Shown here in pieces: positions 37,948 to 46,701 of a stretch of 64,000 nt of DNA. The notes beneath the pieces are model-generated. The model ran no database searches. It worked only from the letters and a program-made list of their open reading frames with translations, and was not told the DNA's origin. The DNA is from Thermoproteota archaeon (GTDB lineage: Archaea > Korarchaeota > Korarchaeia > B14-G2): contig JAVCBW010000016.1 in the NCBI GenBank assembly GCA_037917675.1, positions 986 through 64,985 of the forward strand. Reading direction: 5' to 3'. The stretch's first letter is position 1. The number at the start of each line of letters is the position of its first letter. Both the position numbers and the translations under genes were made by a program.

Positions 37948-40900
37948 CATCGAGGAAAAGCTTTATGTGATAGACGAAATAGAGTTTGGCATACTGTCTC
38001 CTGAAGAGATACGTAAGATAGGGAAAGTAAAGCTTAGCACCCCACAGATATATGATGAAGATGGAAGGCCGATAAGAGGAGGGCCACTCGACCCGAGGAT
38101 GGGGGTGATAGAGCCGGGGGAAGTTTGTCAAACGTGCGGAAACACACTAAAGAAGTGTCCAGGCCACTTTGGTGTCATAGAGCTTGCCAGACCAGTTCTG
38201 CACATAGCATTCACGAAGCACATCTACCAAGCTCTGGCTTCGACTTGTATGAAGTGTAAGAGAGTCCTGCTTCCTGAGGAAGAATGTGAGAAGCTAAGGA
38301 GGTTAGTGAAAGAAGGAAAGAAGACACTGCCTGAAGTCGCTAAGATAGTATATAATAAAACTAGGAGGGTAAAAAGCTGTCCTCACTGTGGTGCTCCTGT
38401 GAGTAAAATCAAGTTCACACCACCTCTCACATTTTATCTAGAAGATGAAACAACGAGATTATGGCCTAATGACATAAGAGCTTGGCTAGAAGATATAAGA
38501 GACGAAGACTGTATTTTGATAGGCTTCGATCCAAAGAACTCTAGGCCAGAAAACACTGTACTAACTGTCATACTAGTCCCTCCGATAACAATAAGGCCAT
38601 CCATAACACTTGAGACCGGTGAGAAGTCTGAAGATGACTTGACACATAAGCTGGTTGACATATTAAGAGCCAACATCTCATTGAGAGAGGCTATACAGGG
38701 AGGGGCCCCAGCTTCAACTGTAGAAGACCAGATGTACATGCTTGAGATAAATGTAGGGACGCTGTATAGGAATACAGGCATGGGAATACCTCTAGCTGTA
38801 CATAGGACGAAGAGGCCTCTCAAAGCATTGATGGATAGATGGCAGGGTAAAACTGGCAGGTTTAGGCTTAATTTAGTTGGAAAGAGAGTGAACTATTCAT
38901 CTAGAACAGTAATAACCCCAGACACTATGATAGACTTGGATGAGGTAGGAGTACCCATCTCGATAGCAAAGGTGCTAACTATACCAGTATATGTCACAGA
39001 GTCTAATATAGAAGAGGTAAAGGAGCTGGTTAAACGTGGACCAGACGAGTATCCTGGTGCAAACTATGTGATAAGGCCTACCGGTGACAGGGTTAAGATA
39101 AGCTCTATGAACAAAGACAGGCTGATAGAAGAACTTGAGCCAGGATACGTGGTTGAAAGACACCTCAGAGATGGAGACCCAGTGATATTTAATAGACACC
39201 CCTCTCTGCATAGGCTCTCAATACTTGGACATAGAGTTAAGGTGCTGCCGTACAACTCGTTTACGTTGCATCCTGCTGTATGCCCGCCATATAACGCTGA
39301 TTTCGATGGCGACGAGATGAACGTGCATGCATCACAGCTGTTCGGAGCGAGAGTTGAGATCAGTGAAATCCTTAATGTAAAGAACAACATGCTCTCACCT
39401 AGGTTCGGTGGAGCAATAATAGGGCCAAGACAGGACTACATCACATCAATCTACAAGCTTACCAGGAAAGATAGATTCCTAACAAAGGGCGAGCTGGGGA
39501 GGATACTAGCCACACTAGAGGAGCCGGTAGACTCACCTGAGCCAGCCATACTAGAGCCAGTTGAGTTATGGACTGGAAAACAGGCTATAAGCGTCTTTCT
39601 GCCAGAGGATATAGATCACGAGGATAGAGCCTCAGTCTGTGAAAAATGCGATAAGGAAGGAGGAGTCTGTGAGAGGGAGCTTTGCCCACATGAGGCTTAT
39701 GTAGTGATCAAGCGAGGACAGCTCCTTTGGGGAGTCTTAGATAGCAGAACCATAGGTGCCATGTCAGAAGAACATTTCACACTATTAGATAAGCTTATCA
39801 GAGACCTCAGTAGCGAGAAGTCTTCAGCCATATTGAGCAAGCTGCTCAAAGCATCACTTAAGCCTCCACATAGTCTGGTATCGCTTAGAATAGAAGACAT
39901 AGAGCTGCCACCAGAGCACAGAGCAAAAATAGAAAAAATGATAGAGGAAAGCAGGAAGGAAGCCGTCAAGATAGCTGAAGAGCTAAAAAAGGAGGCACTT
40001 GAGCCCATACCAGGAATGAGCCTTGAGGATACAGCAGAGCTCAAGATAGTCAGAACTCTCAACAGCGTGAGGACTCAAGCTGAGAAGCTTGTAAGAAGCA
40101 CAATGAACATGAGAAACTCGCTATACATGATGGCTAAGACCAAGGCAAGAGGATCTCCAGTACTTCTCACCGAGATGGCGGCTCTAGTCGGGCAGCAGTC
40201 AATTAAGGGTAAGAGGATATCAAGAGGCTACAAAGAGAGGACCCTCTCATGCTATAGGAGGGGGACGACAGATCCTGAAGCCAGAGGATTCATAAGGAGC
40301 AGTTACAGAAAGGGATTGACACCAAGTGAGTACTTTGCCCATGCTATAGCTGGAAGGGAGACTCTAGTTGATAAGGGACTCAGAACAGCGGAAAGTGGAT
40401 ATGCATACAGAAGAGTAGTAAATGCACTCCAAGATCTGATAGTAGACTATGACTGGACGGTAAGAGATGCACACGGTAGGATAATCCAGTTTAGGTTTGG
40501 TGGAGATGGCTTAGACCCCTGCTTCGACTTCCATGGTAATCCGATAGACATCCGGAGAATAGTCGAGGAGGAAGCTGAAAAGCACAGAGAAGGAGAGAAA
40601 ATCAGCCACAGACAAGTGGAAAAGATCATAGACGAATATGAAGAGGTGCCTGAGTGGATTAGGGATCAGGTTAAGAGAGAAGTGAAGAGAGTAGAGCTCA
40701 GTGAGACAGCAGTCAGAGAGATCATGAACAAGGTATTTGATGCCTATGACAAGATAAGACTTGAGCCTGGGTCAGCAATAGGCATAGTGTCAGCTGAAAG
40801 CATAGGGGAGCCTGCTACCCAGCTGACACTAAGGACATTCCACACACCAGGTACACCTGAGATAACTATTGTGATGGGGCTTCCAAGAATAGCTGAACTC

Positions 40901-41740
40901 ATAGACGCTGTTAAAACTCCAAAAGCCCCATATGTAGTTGCTTACTTAAAAGAGGAGTATGGAAAGGACAGGAGAAGAGCCCAGGAGGTGGCAAATAAGA
41001 TACTTGAAGTCAAGCTGTCAGATCTAATAGAAGAGGAGAACATATACTATGAGCTAATGCAAGTAGAGTATGTACTTGACCTAGAAAAGCTAAGAGAACA
41101 TAGCATCACAATAGAGGAGGTAGAAAAAGCATTATCCAAAGTGTCTAGAGTAAGCGTAGAGAGAACAGGGGATAGAGGCATATTGCTATCCATAAAGGCA
41201 GATAGCATGGCTAAGATGAGAGCAAAGCTGATAAAGCTGGAAAATACAGTGATTAAGGGGGTACCTGGAGCCAAGAGGGTTATTGTAAAAGAGGAAAGTG
41301 GAGAGAATGTGATATATGTGGAGGGAGCTGTCCTGAAGCAGGTACTTGATTTAGAGGAAATAGACCCCACCAGAACATACTCCAGCAACATACATGAGGT
41401 CATAGCTTTATTCGGAATAGAAGCAGGAAGAAACCTACTGGTAGAAGAGCTTAATAAGGTGCTTAGCAACCAGGGAATAGTAGTAGACAGGAGACACCTA
41501 GAGCTCTTAGCTGACATCATGACGAGAAGAGGAGAGCTTTTGCAAGTAGGTAGGCTAGGTGTTGTCAGGTATGAGAAGGGTGTGCTTGCAAACGCAGCAT
41601 ACGAGCTTACTGTGCAAAACATAGTTAAGGCTGCAATAAGCGGGAGGCAAGATGAGATAGGTGGAGTGCTAGAAAGTATTATAGTAGGGAGAGCACCTGA
41701 GGTTGGAGAAGCTATAGTAAAGGTCTTCTGGGGTGAGTAG
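37940..41740 (+). CDS. rpoA: RNA polymerase largest subunit with A' and A'' fused in a single 1266-aa ORF (Rpo1).
   Basis: The N-terminal part has A' hallmarks (Zn finger CQTCGN...CPGHFG and the NADFDGDEMN catalytic Mg site). The C-terminal ~390 aa carry A'' hallmarks (SIGEPATQLTLRTFH, GLPRIAELIDA, NIHEVIALFGIEAGRN). No stop codon falls between them. TTG start overlaps the rpoB stop. Confidence 0.9.
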   Translation: MSSIEEKLYVIDEIEFGILSPEEIRKIGKVKLSTPQIYDEDGRPIRGGPLDPRMGVIEPGEVCQTCGNTLKKCPGHFGVIELARPVLHIAFTKHIYQALASTCMKCKRVLLPEEECEKLRRLVKEGKKTLPEVAKIVYNKTRRVKSCPHCGAPVSKIKFTPPLTFYLEDETTRLWPNDIRAWLEDIRDEDCILIGFDPKNSRPENTVLTVILVPPITIRPSITLETGEKSEDDLTHKLVDILRANISLREAIQGGAPASTVEDQMYMLEINVGTLYRNTGMGIPLAVHRTKRPLKALMDRWQGKTGRFRLNLVGKRVNYSSRTVITPDTMIDLDEVGVPISIAKVLTIPVYVTESNIEEVKELVKRGPDEYPGANYVIRPTGDRVKISSMNKDRLIEELEPGYVVERHLRDGDPVIFNRHPSLHRLSILGHRVKVLPYNSFTLHPAVCPPYNADFDGDEMNVHASQLFGARVEISEILNVKNNMLSPRFGGAIIGPRQDYITSIYKLTRKDRFLTKGELGRILATLEEPVDSPEPAILEPVELWTGKQAISVFLPEDIDHEDRASVCEKCDKEGGVCERELCPHEAYVVIKRGQLLWGVLDSRTIGAMSEEHFTLLDKLIRDLSSEKSSAILSKLLKASLKPPHSLVSLRIEDIELPPEHRAKIEKMIEESRKEAVKIAEELKKEALEPIPGMSLEDTAELKIVRTLNSVRTQAEKLVRSTMNMRNSLYMMAKTKARGSPVLLTEMAALVGQQSIKGKRISRGYKERTLSCYRRGTTDPEARGFIRSSYRKGLTPSEYFAHAIAGRETLVDKGLRTAESGYAYRRVVNALQDLIVDYDWTVRDAHGRIIQFRFGGDGLDPCFDFHGNPIDIRRIVEEEAEKHREGEKISHRQVEKIIDEYEEVPEWIRDQVKREVKRVELSETAVREIMNKVFDAYDKIRLEPGSAIGIVSAESIGEPATQLTLRTFHTPGTPEITIVMGLPRIAELIDAVKTPKAPYVVAYLKEEYGKDRRRAQEVANKILEVKLSDLIEEENIYYELMQVEYVLDLEKLREHSITIEEVEKALSKVSRVSVERTGDRGILLSIKADSMAKMRAKLIKLENTVIKGVPGAKRVIVKEESGENVIYVEGAVLKQVLDLEEIDPTRTYSSNIHEVIALFGIEAGRNLLVEELNKVLSNQGIVVDRRHLELLADIMTRRGELLQVGRLGVVRYEKGVLANAAYELTVQNIVKAAISGRQDEIGGVLESIIVGRAPEVGEAIVKVFWGE

Positions 41741-42071
41741 GGTGAAAGCGAAGGCTGCCATAGACAAGGAGCTCATGATACTAGCTAGAAGTGGGAAAGC
41801 TCTTCTCGGATATAAAAGCGTAATCAGGACGCTAAAGAGAGGCACACCGAGAGTTAAGGCCGTAATCTTGGCGGAGAATATGCCGGAAGAGAGGAAGAAG
41901 ACGATAATGTATTATGCTAAGCTGCTCGAGGTGCCACTACTTATATACCCATCATCGAGCATAGAATTAGGTAGAGCATATGGGAGGCCTCACTTGATAT
42001 CTACGCTAGCAGTTATTGATGAAGGAGATTCCTCAATACTTAAGATGGAGGATGGTACTATTGAAAAGTAG
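41733..42071 (+). CDS. rpl30e: 50S ribosomal protein L30e.
   Basis: 112 aa. LARSGKALLGYKSVIRTLKRGTPRVKAVILAEN...IELGRAYGRP match L30e. GTG start overlaps the rpoA stop. Confidence 0.85.
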   Translation: MSRVKAKAAIDKELMILARSGKALLGYKSVIRTLKRGTPRVKAVILAENMPEERKKTIMYYAKLLEVPLLIYPSSSIELGRAYGRPHLISTLAVIDEGDSSILKMEDGTIEK

Positions 42072-42495
42072 GAGAGTACTTGAAAACGAAGAGCTCCAGA
42101 TGATATCGCTATTTGAATCACTCACAGGAGCTACTGTAAAAGACTGTTTCTTAGATGCTGAGAGAAGAAAGGTGCTGTTTGTGGTTGCAGAGAACCAGCT
42201 TGGAGTAGCATTAGGTAGAAGAGGACAGAAGATCAGTAGGATTAGGAGAATCCTTGGGTATGACATAGATGTTGTAGAAGAAGCTAAAGATGATGAGGCT
42301 TTTATAAGAAAGCTGCTGTCACCAGCTAGGATAAACTACATAAAGATAACAGAGAGAGGAGGGCAAAAGATAGCTTATGTCTCAGTTGATGAAAGAGACA
42401 AGGGGCTAGCAATAGGCAGAGAAGGAAGAAACATTAATAGAGTCAGAGAGATAGCTAGGATATATAGGGGAATAGCACATATCAAGATAATGTGA
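42052..42495 (+). CDS. nusA: Archaeal NusA-like transcription termination factor with two KH domains.
   Basis: [16 protein letters not shown]-terminal motif and two KH GxxG-like loops ([22 protein letters not shown]). The internal Met at 42052 fits the family length better than the ORF-track start at 42016. Confidence 0.8.
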   Translation: MVLLKSRRVLENEELQMISLFESLTGATVKDCFLDAERRKVLFVVAENQLGVALGRRGQKISRIRRILGYDIDVVEEAKDDEAFIRKLLSPARINYIKITERGGQKIAYVSVDERDKGLAIGREGRNINRVREIARIYRGIAHIKIM

Positions 42496-42514
42496 TAATG
42501 CGCTAGGTGGTAGC

Positions 42515-42949
42515 TTGGCAAAGCCTAGAGGCCTCTTCGCAGCTAGAAGCTTGAAAAGAGTATGCAAAGAGAGAAGAAGACACTCCTACTATTGGAGAAG
42601 AAGAGTCTATGGTTACAGAAAGAAATACGATCCTCTAGAAGGAGCTCCACAAGCCTCTGGAATAGTAATAGAGAAGGTAGGGCTTGAAGCCAGGCAGCCT
42701 CACTCAGGCTTAAGGAAGTGTGTCAGAGTACAGTTAAAGAAGAATGGTAAGATAATAACAGTGTTCGCTCCAGGAGATGGAGCACTAAACGTGATAGATG
42801 AGCATGATGAAGTTGTTATAGAAGGTATAGGAGGAAGTAAGGGAAGGACTATGGGCGATCTTCCAACAGTTAGATGGAAGGTCATTAAAGTAAATGGAGC
42901 TTCACTCTACCATATTCTAATAGGTAAGATAGAGAAGCCGAGGAGATAG
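42515..42949 (+). CDS. rps12: 30S ribosomal protein S12 (uS12).
   Basis: 144 aa. PNSALRKC-type core ([27 protein letters not shown]) and gene order nusA-S12-S7. Confidence 0.9.
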   Translation: MAKPRGLFAARSLKRVCKERRRHSYYWRRRVYGYRKKYDPLEGAPQASGIVIEKVGLEARQPHSGLRKCVRVQLKKNGKIITVFAPGDGALNVIDEHDEVVIEGIGGSKGRTMGDLPTVRWKVIKVNGASLYHILIGKIEKPRR

Positions 42950-42950
42950 C

Positions 42951-43562
42951 TTGCCGCTAGAGGAACTAAGGCTGTTTGGGAAATGGACATTTAGAGATGT
43001 TGAGGTAAGGTCACCAGCACTAAGAAGTGTGATCTCTCTTAAGCCAGTTTACCTCCCACATTCGAAGGGGAGACACGAGCACAGGAAGTTTTGGAAAACG
43101 AAGGTAAATATAGTTGAAAGATTGGTAAACAGGCTGATGGGGCAAGCAATAAACTATGGGAATAGGAAGGACAGGGTAAACAGCAAGAATCCAGGAAAGA
43201 AGCTGAAAGCGCTGAGGACAGTAAAGCATGCATTTGAGCTAGTACACTTGAGAACTGGTGAGAATCCGATTCAAGTGCTTGTCAGAGCTATAGAGAATGC
43301 AGCTCCAAGAGAGGAGACTACCAGAGTGATGTATGGTGGAATACTCTATCACCAGGCTGTAGACGTCTCTCCATCTAGGATGGTTGATCTTGCAATCAGA
43401 CATATAACGCAAGGAGCAGCTTTGAGAGCCTTTAGAAACCCAATGACCTTAGAGGAGGCGCTGGCTGAAGAGATAATAGCAGCTGCCAGAAATGACAGGA
43501 ATACAAGCCATGCCATAAAGGTTAAGGAGGAGATAGAGAGGAGAGCACTGAGTGCTAGGTAG
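42951..43562 (+). CDS. rps7: 30S ribosomal protein S7 (uS7).
   Basis: 203 aa. LFGKWTF...VERLVNRLM...[14 protein letters not shown] conserved S7 blocks. TTG start. Confidence 0.9.
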   Translation: MPLEELRLFGKWTFRDVEVRSPALRSVISLKPVYLPHSKGRHEHRKFWKTKVNIVERLVNRLMGQAINYGNRKDRVNSKNPGKKLKALRTVKHAFELVHLRTGENPIQVLVRAIENAAPREETTRVMYGGILYHQAVDVSPSRMVDLAIRHITQGAALRAFRNPMTLEEALAEEIIAAARNDRNTSHAIKVKEEIERRALSAR

Positions 43563-43592
43563 GAAACCCTAAAGTTCTAGGGAGACTACACC

Positions 43593-44108
43593 CTAGGGCT
43601 TAGCCTCATCTATAGTAACAGCTATGGTTACCTTCGCCACGCTTGATAGAAGCTGATAAGCTAGCATGAAGTCTTCTTTAGGAATAACAGATACGGGTAC
43701 AGGTATCTTTAAAGTAAAAATCCATGAGATTTCAGAGGGGTTCCTATAAAAATCTAGCATAGGCCCTTCTACGTCGAGAAGCCCTGCTATAGCAGAAGCA
43801 TACCCTGAGTGGAGAGCTATATACAGCTCATCAGGTTTCACCTCCCTAAGGAGAGCCATCACACTAGCATTTTGTGATAGCATATCAGCTAGCTTTCTAG
43901 AAATGGAAAAGTCTCTCATGCACCTAGCTAAAATTGAGAGAGAGGATGCAGGTTTGAATGAGAATCTCTTAGAAAAGAAACCATGCACCTCAAGCTCGCA
44001 TTCCATGGCCTTTAGGCGCCTGTATAACTCGCTATGTCTGCTTCTCATATCACTGCTACCCACAATGGTCGTCCTTTCCAGTGAGTGTAAGCTGATGCTC
44101 CATTCCAA
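43593..44108 (-). CDS. Hypothetical protein.
   Basis: 171-aa ORF with no recognised motif. Overlaps the next upstream ORF (44056..44292) by 53 nt in another frame, so the pair may be one frameshifted gene. Confidence 0.4.
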   Translation of the reverse strand: MEWSISLHSLERTTIVGSSDMRSRHSELYRRLKAMECELEVHGFFSKRFSFKPASSLSILARCMRDFSISRKLADMLSQNASVMALLREVKPDELYIALHSGYASAIAGLLDVEGPMLDFYRNPSEISWIFTLKIPVPVSVIPKEDFMLAYQLLSSVAKVTIAVTIDEAKP

Positions 44109-44292
44109 ATAGACCTATACTCCTCAGCTCGAATGTCACTTCATCTAGATATGGGTTTTTGGGGAGTTTTATAGTGAGCCCCTCTCCTTCAGCATAAAAT
44201 TCTCCAGCCTCATCACCTAGATAGTCTCTACGAATAGAATAGGTCCTCTTGAAAAGAGTCTCTTGAATACTGACCGCATAGAGACCTCTCAA
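44056..44292 (-). CDS. Hypothetical small protein. It may be the N-terminal part of a frameshifted gene together with 43593..44108.
   Basis: 78-aa ORF (MRGLYAVSIQETLFKRTYSIRRDYLGDEAGEFYAEGEG...) with no motif recognised. Confidence 0.3.
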   Translation of the reverse strand: MRGLYAVSIQETLFKRTYSIRRDYLGDEAGEFYAEGEGLTIKLPKNPYLDEVTFELRSIGLFGMEHQLTLTGKDDHCG

Positions 44293-44840
44293 GATACACC
44301 TAGAGGTGGGAGTTAAGTTTTACACCATAAGAAGGCTGGAACTTAAGGAGCAGCTTGGTTAGAGAAGCTAGGATAGATTAGTCATCGCCTTAGCAGCCTC
44401 AGTTTTACTACTAATGCCAACTACACTGGCAACATGCTGCCAGGCAGCTAATATCACAGAGATAGACTATGAGGATATAGTTTAAGTGTAGGGTTTACAG
44501 CTGGTAGGCTTTCATGGGTGTATGTGGTTTTGGTCTACTAGCTGTTTTCCGTCATTGAGCTTAAAGCTCTAGTAGGGCTTTCAGGATAGCCTCAGAGCCC
44601 ATAGCTCAGAGCCCCACATCTGAAGGCTTAGCCCGATAGCCACTAGGTGGCTTGACAGAGGCTCCAGTCAACTAGCACCACAGAGAACTTAAAGCTTCCA
44701 CTCACCTAACCAACCTACCTCCTATGTGTTTCCATGAAAACCGGGACTGCAGCAGAAGGCATCTTCGCTGGAGTAACTACAATACAGGTGCTATACTTGG
44801 TGGTACGGTTTCTGTCCAATGTAATGTGGCCTCTTCCCTA

Positions 44841-45002
44841 CTAGCTCCTTAACTTGCTCTGGACTATAGGAGCCTCTACTTCAATGAGCCTTTTCTTGCT
44901 GAGCATAGGCAAAAACGCTATCACCGACAATTCAGCTTCTCTCAGTGTAGAGTTGAACTTCTTAGCAAGCTCCCTTATGACTTCCTCTAGAGTAGCTCCC
45001 AT
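44841..45002 (-). CDS. Possible small protein of 53 aa. It lies below the ORF-track cutoff and is a speculative call.
   Basis: MGATLEEVIRELAKKFNSTLREAELSVIAFLPMLSKKRLIEVEAPIVQSKLRS. Amphipathic and non-repetitive. The only protein-like frame in an otherwise ORF-free 740-bp stretch. Confidence 0.2.
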   Translation of the reverse strand: MGATLEEVIRELAKKFNSTLREAELSVIAFLPMLSKKRLIEVEAPIVQSKLRS

Positions 45003-45238
45003 CTAGCTTCTTCTACACGAAAATAGCTCTTGTGTCATCTAGTAATGACCTTTTTGACCTTGGGCTTCATAAGAAGTATGCTTGTAGCCTTACCCAGCAT
45101 ACCTTTATCTTCCCTACTCCAAGTTATCACGAGCTCTCCGCTGTCATATCCCTTCTACTTGACATTAGGGCATTTCTTTGGCCTAATCGATAGGAAATCC
45201 CTCCTATTTAGTCTCAGAACCTTTTTTCTAATCATTTT

Positions 45239-45454
45239 TCACCCACCAAGCAGTATGAATTTAGCGATCAGCAGGGATGCTATTAGGAGAGCTGGTGATA
45301 CCAGCGTCATAATCGTTATAACACGTTTTGCCCTGATTAATGACTCTACTTCAGCGATGTACTTCTTTTCGCAGGCAAACGAACAGAATTGGTTCCCAGC
45401 CTTGATAACCTTCCCACAGACCTTACAGTGAGAGTGTTCAGGAATGGAAGACAC
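45239..45454 (-). CDS. Small zinc-ribbon protein with a C-terminal TM helix.
   Basis: 71 aa. CKVCGKVIKAGNQFCSFACEKKY is a C4 Zn-ribbon and is followed by a hydrophobic C-terminal helix. A TATA-like TTTTTAAATA lies about 30 nt upstream on the minus strand (45486-45495). Confidence 0.5.
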   Translation of the reverse strand: MSSIPEHSHCKVCGKVIKAGNQFCSFACEKKYIAEVESLIRAKRVITIMTLVSPALLIASLLIAKFILLGG

Positions 45455-45762
45455 GAGGTCACCTCATATCCCTAGAAGAAGCCATTTCTTAACCAATTCT
45501 CTATTTAAAAACTGCGGGTCACCTCTAGATGTTGGCGTATTAGATCTGGAGGCAGCCTCCCTGAATAGAGTGATCTCCTATCAGCAGAGCGTATCTCTAA
45601 GAGCATACTATTAGCATGAGCTTGCAGGATTAGAGTTGGCTGTAATACATCTGTAGAGGCGAGACGAATCTGTACTTGCCTTATGAGGTTCCTTAAGCTT
45701 ACTGAGATTAGTCAAAAAGGCTAGAGTAGACTCTGCTGAGGAGCTTCACTAGAGGCCAAACC

Positions 45763-46641
45763 TTATCCTCCTGCCTGCTCGCAGGAGCCCCTTAGATAGA
45801 GGAATAGCCCCTTGTCTACACGTGCTGCTGGTGTAAGTACATACTTTGATGGAAAGTAGAACAGTTGGCTACCTCTTAGCATTATGATGCAGTTGAGAGA
45901 AGTCAAGTTGAGGCTATTGCACTCGGGTATCGTGAAGCAAGGAGTCTCTACGACCAGAACTCTATCCTCTGCCATCATCACCCTCAGTGTGAGATTCTCG
46001 GCTTTAACTTCGATTGGTTTTGTAGCAACAGTCAAGTTTCTATTAGGCGTTGATATTACCACACCCTGTGGAGTGTAATAGACATGGTATCTACACCATG
46101 GTAGGGTAGATGATGTACCAGGTGACAAGTAGATTCTTGAAAATAGCTTTACAGAGCGGTTCTCCTGGCAAAAGATGACACCTGATGCAGTATGGGGAAT
46201 GTATAGTTTCATGGTGCTCCTGGTTATCTCTACGCTCTTACCAAGCAAGACTATAGCATTCTTCTTATGGCAGCTGACAAGATAGTAACAGTTGTAGCCC
46301 ATGTCTAAGGCAGAGGGAGCATGGAGGTAGCCTATCTCATCGGTGGGATCTATGAAGACTATGGTTGGAAAGCCCTGGAAGAAATTGTATGCTATTATCC
46401 AGCATGTCAAGAATACTAGCAGAGAAGCTGCTGCAGCAGGTTTGTAAAAGTCACCTAGCTTCTGTATAGCCTTTATGTATCCCCTTCTGACAGTCGCTAA
46501 GATGGCTGTAGAAGCAAGATATGCTGCTATGAATGTAGAGAAAGCTACTGCAGGCCTTAAATCTGCTGCTCCAGCAGCTAGGCCTACTATGGCAGCTACA
46601 GCACAGTGGTAGAGGTATAGCTTTAACTTTGGAGCCTCCAT
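45763..46641 (-). CDS. Hypothetical membrane-anchored or extracellular protein with N-glycosylation sequons.
   Basis: 292 aa. N-terminal hydrophobic region of 2-3 helices, then a Cys-containing soluble domain with NxS/T sites (NRSV, NLTV, NLTL, NSLN, NLTS). Confidence 0.5.
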   Translation of the reverse strand: MEAPKLKLYLYHCAVAAIVGLAAGAADLRPAVAFSTFIAAYLASTAILATVRRGYIKAIQKLGDFYKPAAAASLLVFLTCWIIAYNFFQGFPTIVFIDPTDEIGYLHAPSALDMGYNCYYLVSCHKKNAIVLLGKSVEITRSTMKLYIPHTASGVIFCQENRSVKLFSRIYLSPGTSSTLPWCRYHVYYTPQGVVISTPNRNLTVATKPIEVKAENLTLRVMMAEDRVLVVETPCFTIPECNSLNLTSLNCIIMLRGSQLFYFPSKYVLTPAARVDKGLFLYLRGSCEQAGG

Positions 46642-46701
46642 GTATTCACCAATTTAGGTCCTGTAACCGAGGTTAAAATATTACCTTAGTAGGGGATTAG
46701 C

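Noticed and set aside
45030-45431. 133-aa plus-strand ORF
   Set aside because: It lies antisense to the Zn-ribbon/TM gene (45239-45454) and runs into the ORF-poor region. Its low-complexity Leu/Ser/Phe-rich composition is typical of an antisense artefact.
45768-45787. Perfect 7-bp stem with 6-nt loop hairpin (CTCCTGC-CTGCTC-GCAGGAG) that looked like a terminator
   Set aside because: It lies inside the 3' end of the coding sequence of the minus-strand gene 45763-46641 and is not followed by a T-tract. It is more likely coincidental coding sequence than a transcription terminator.
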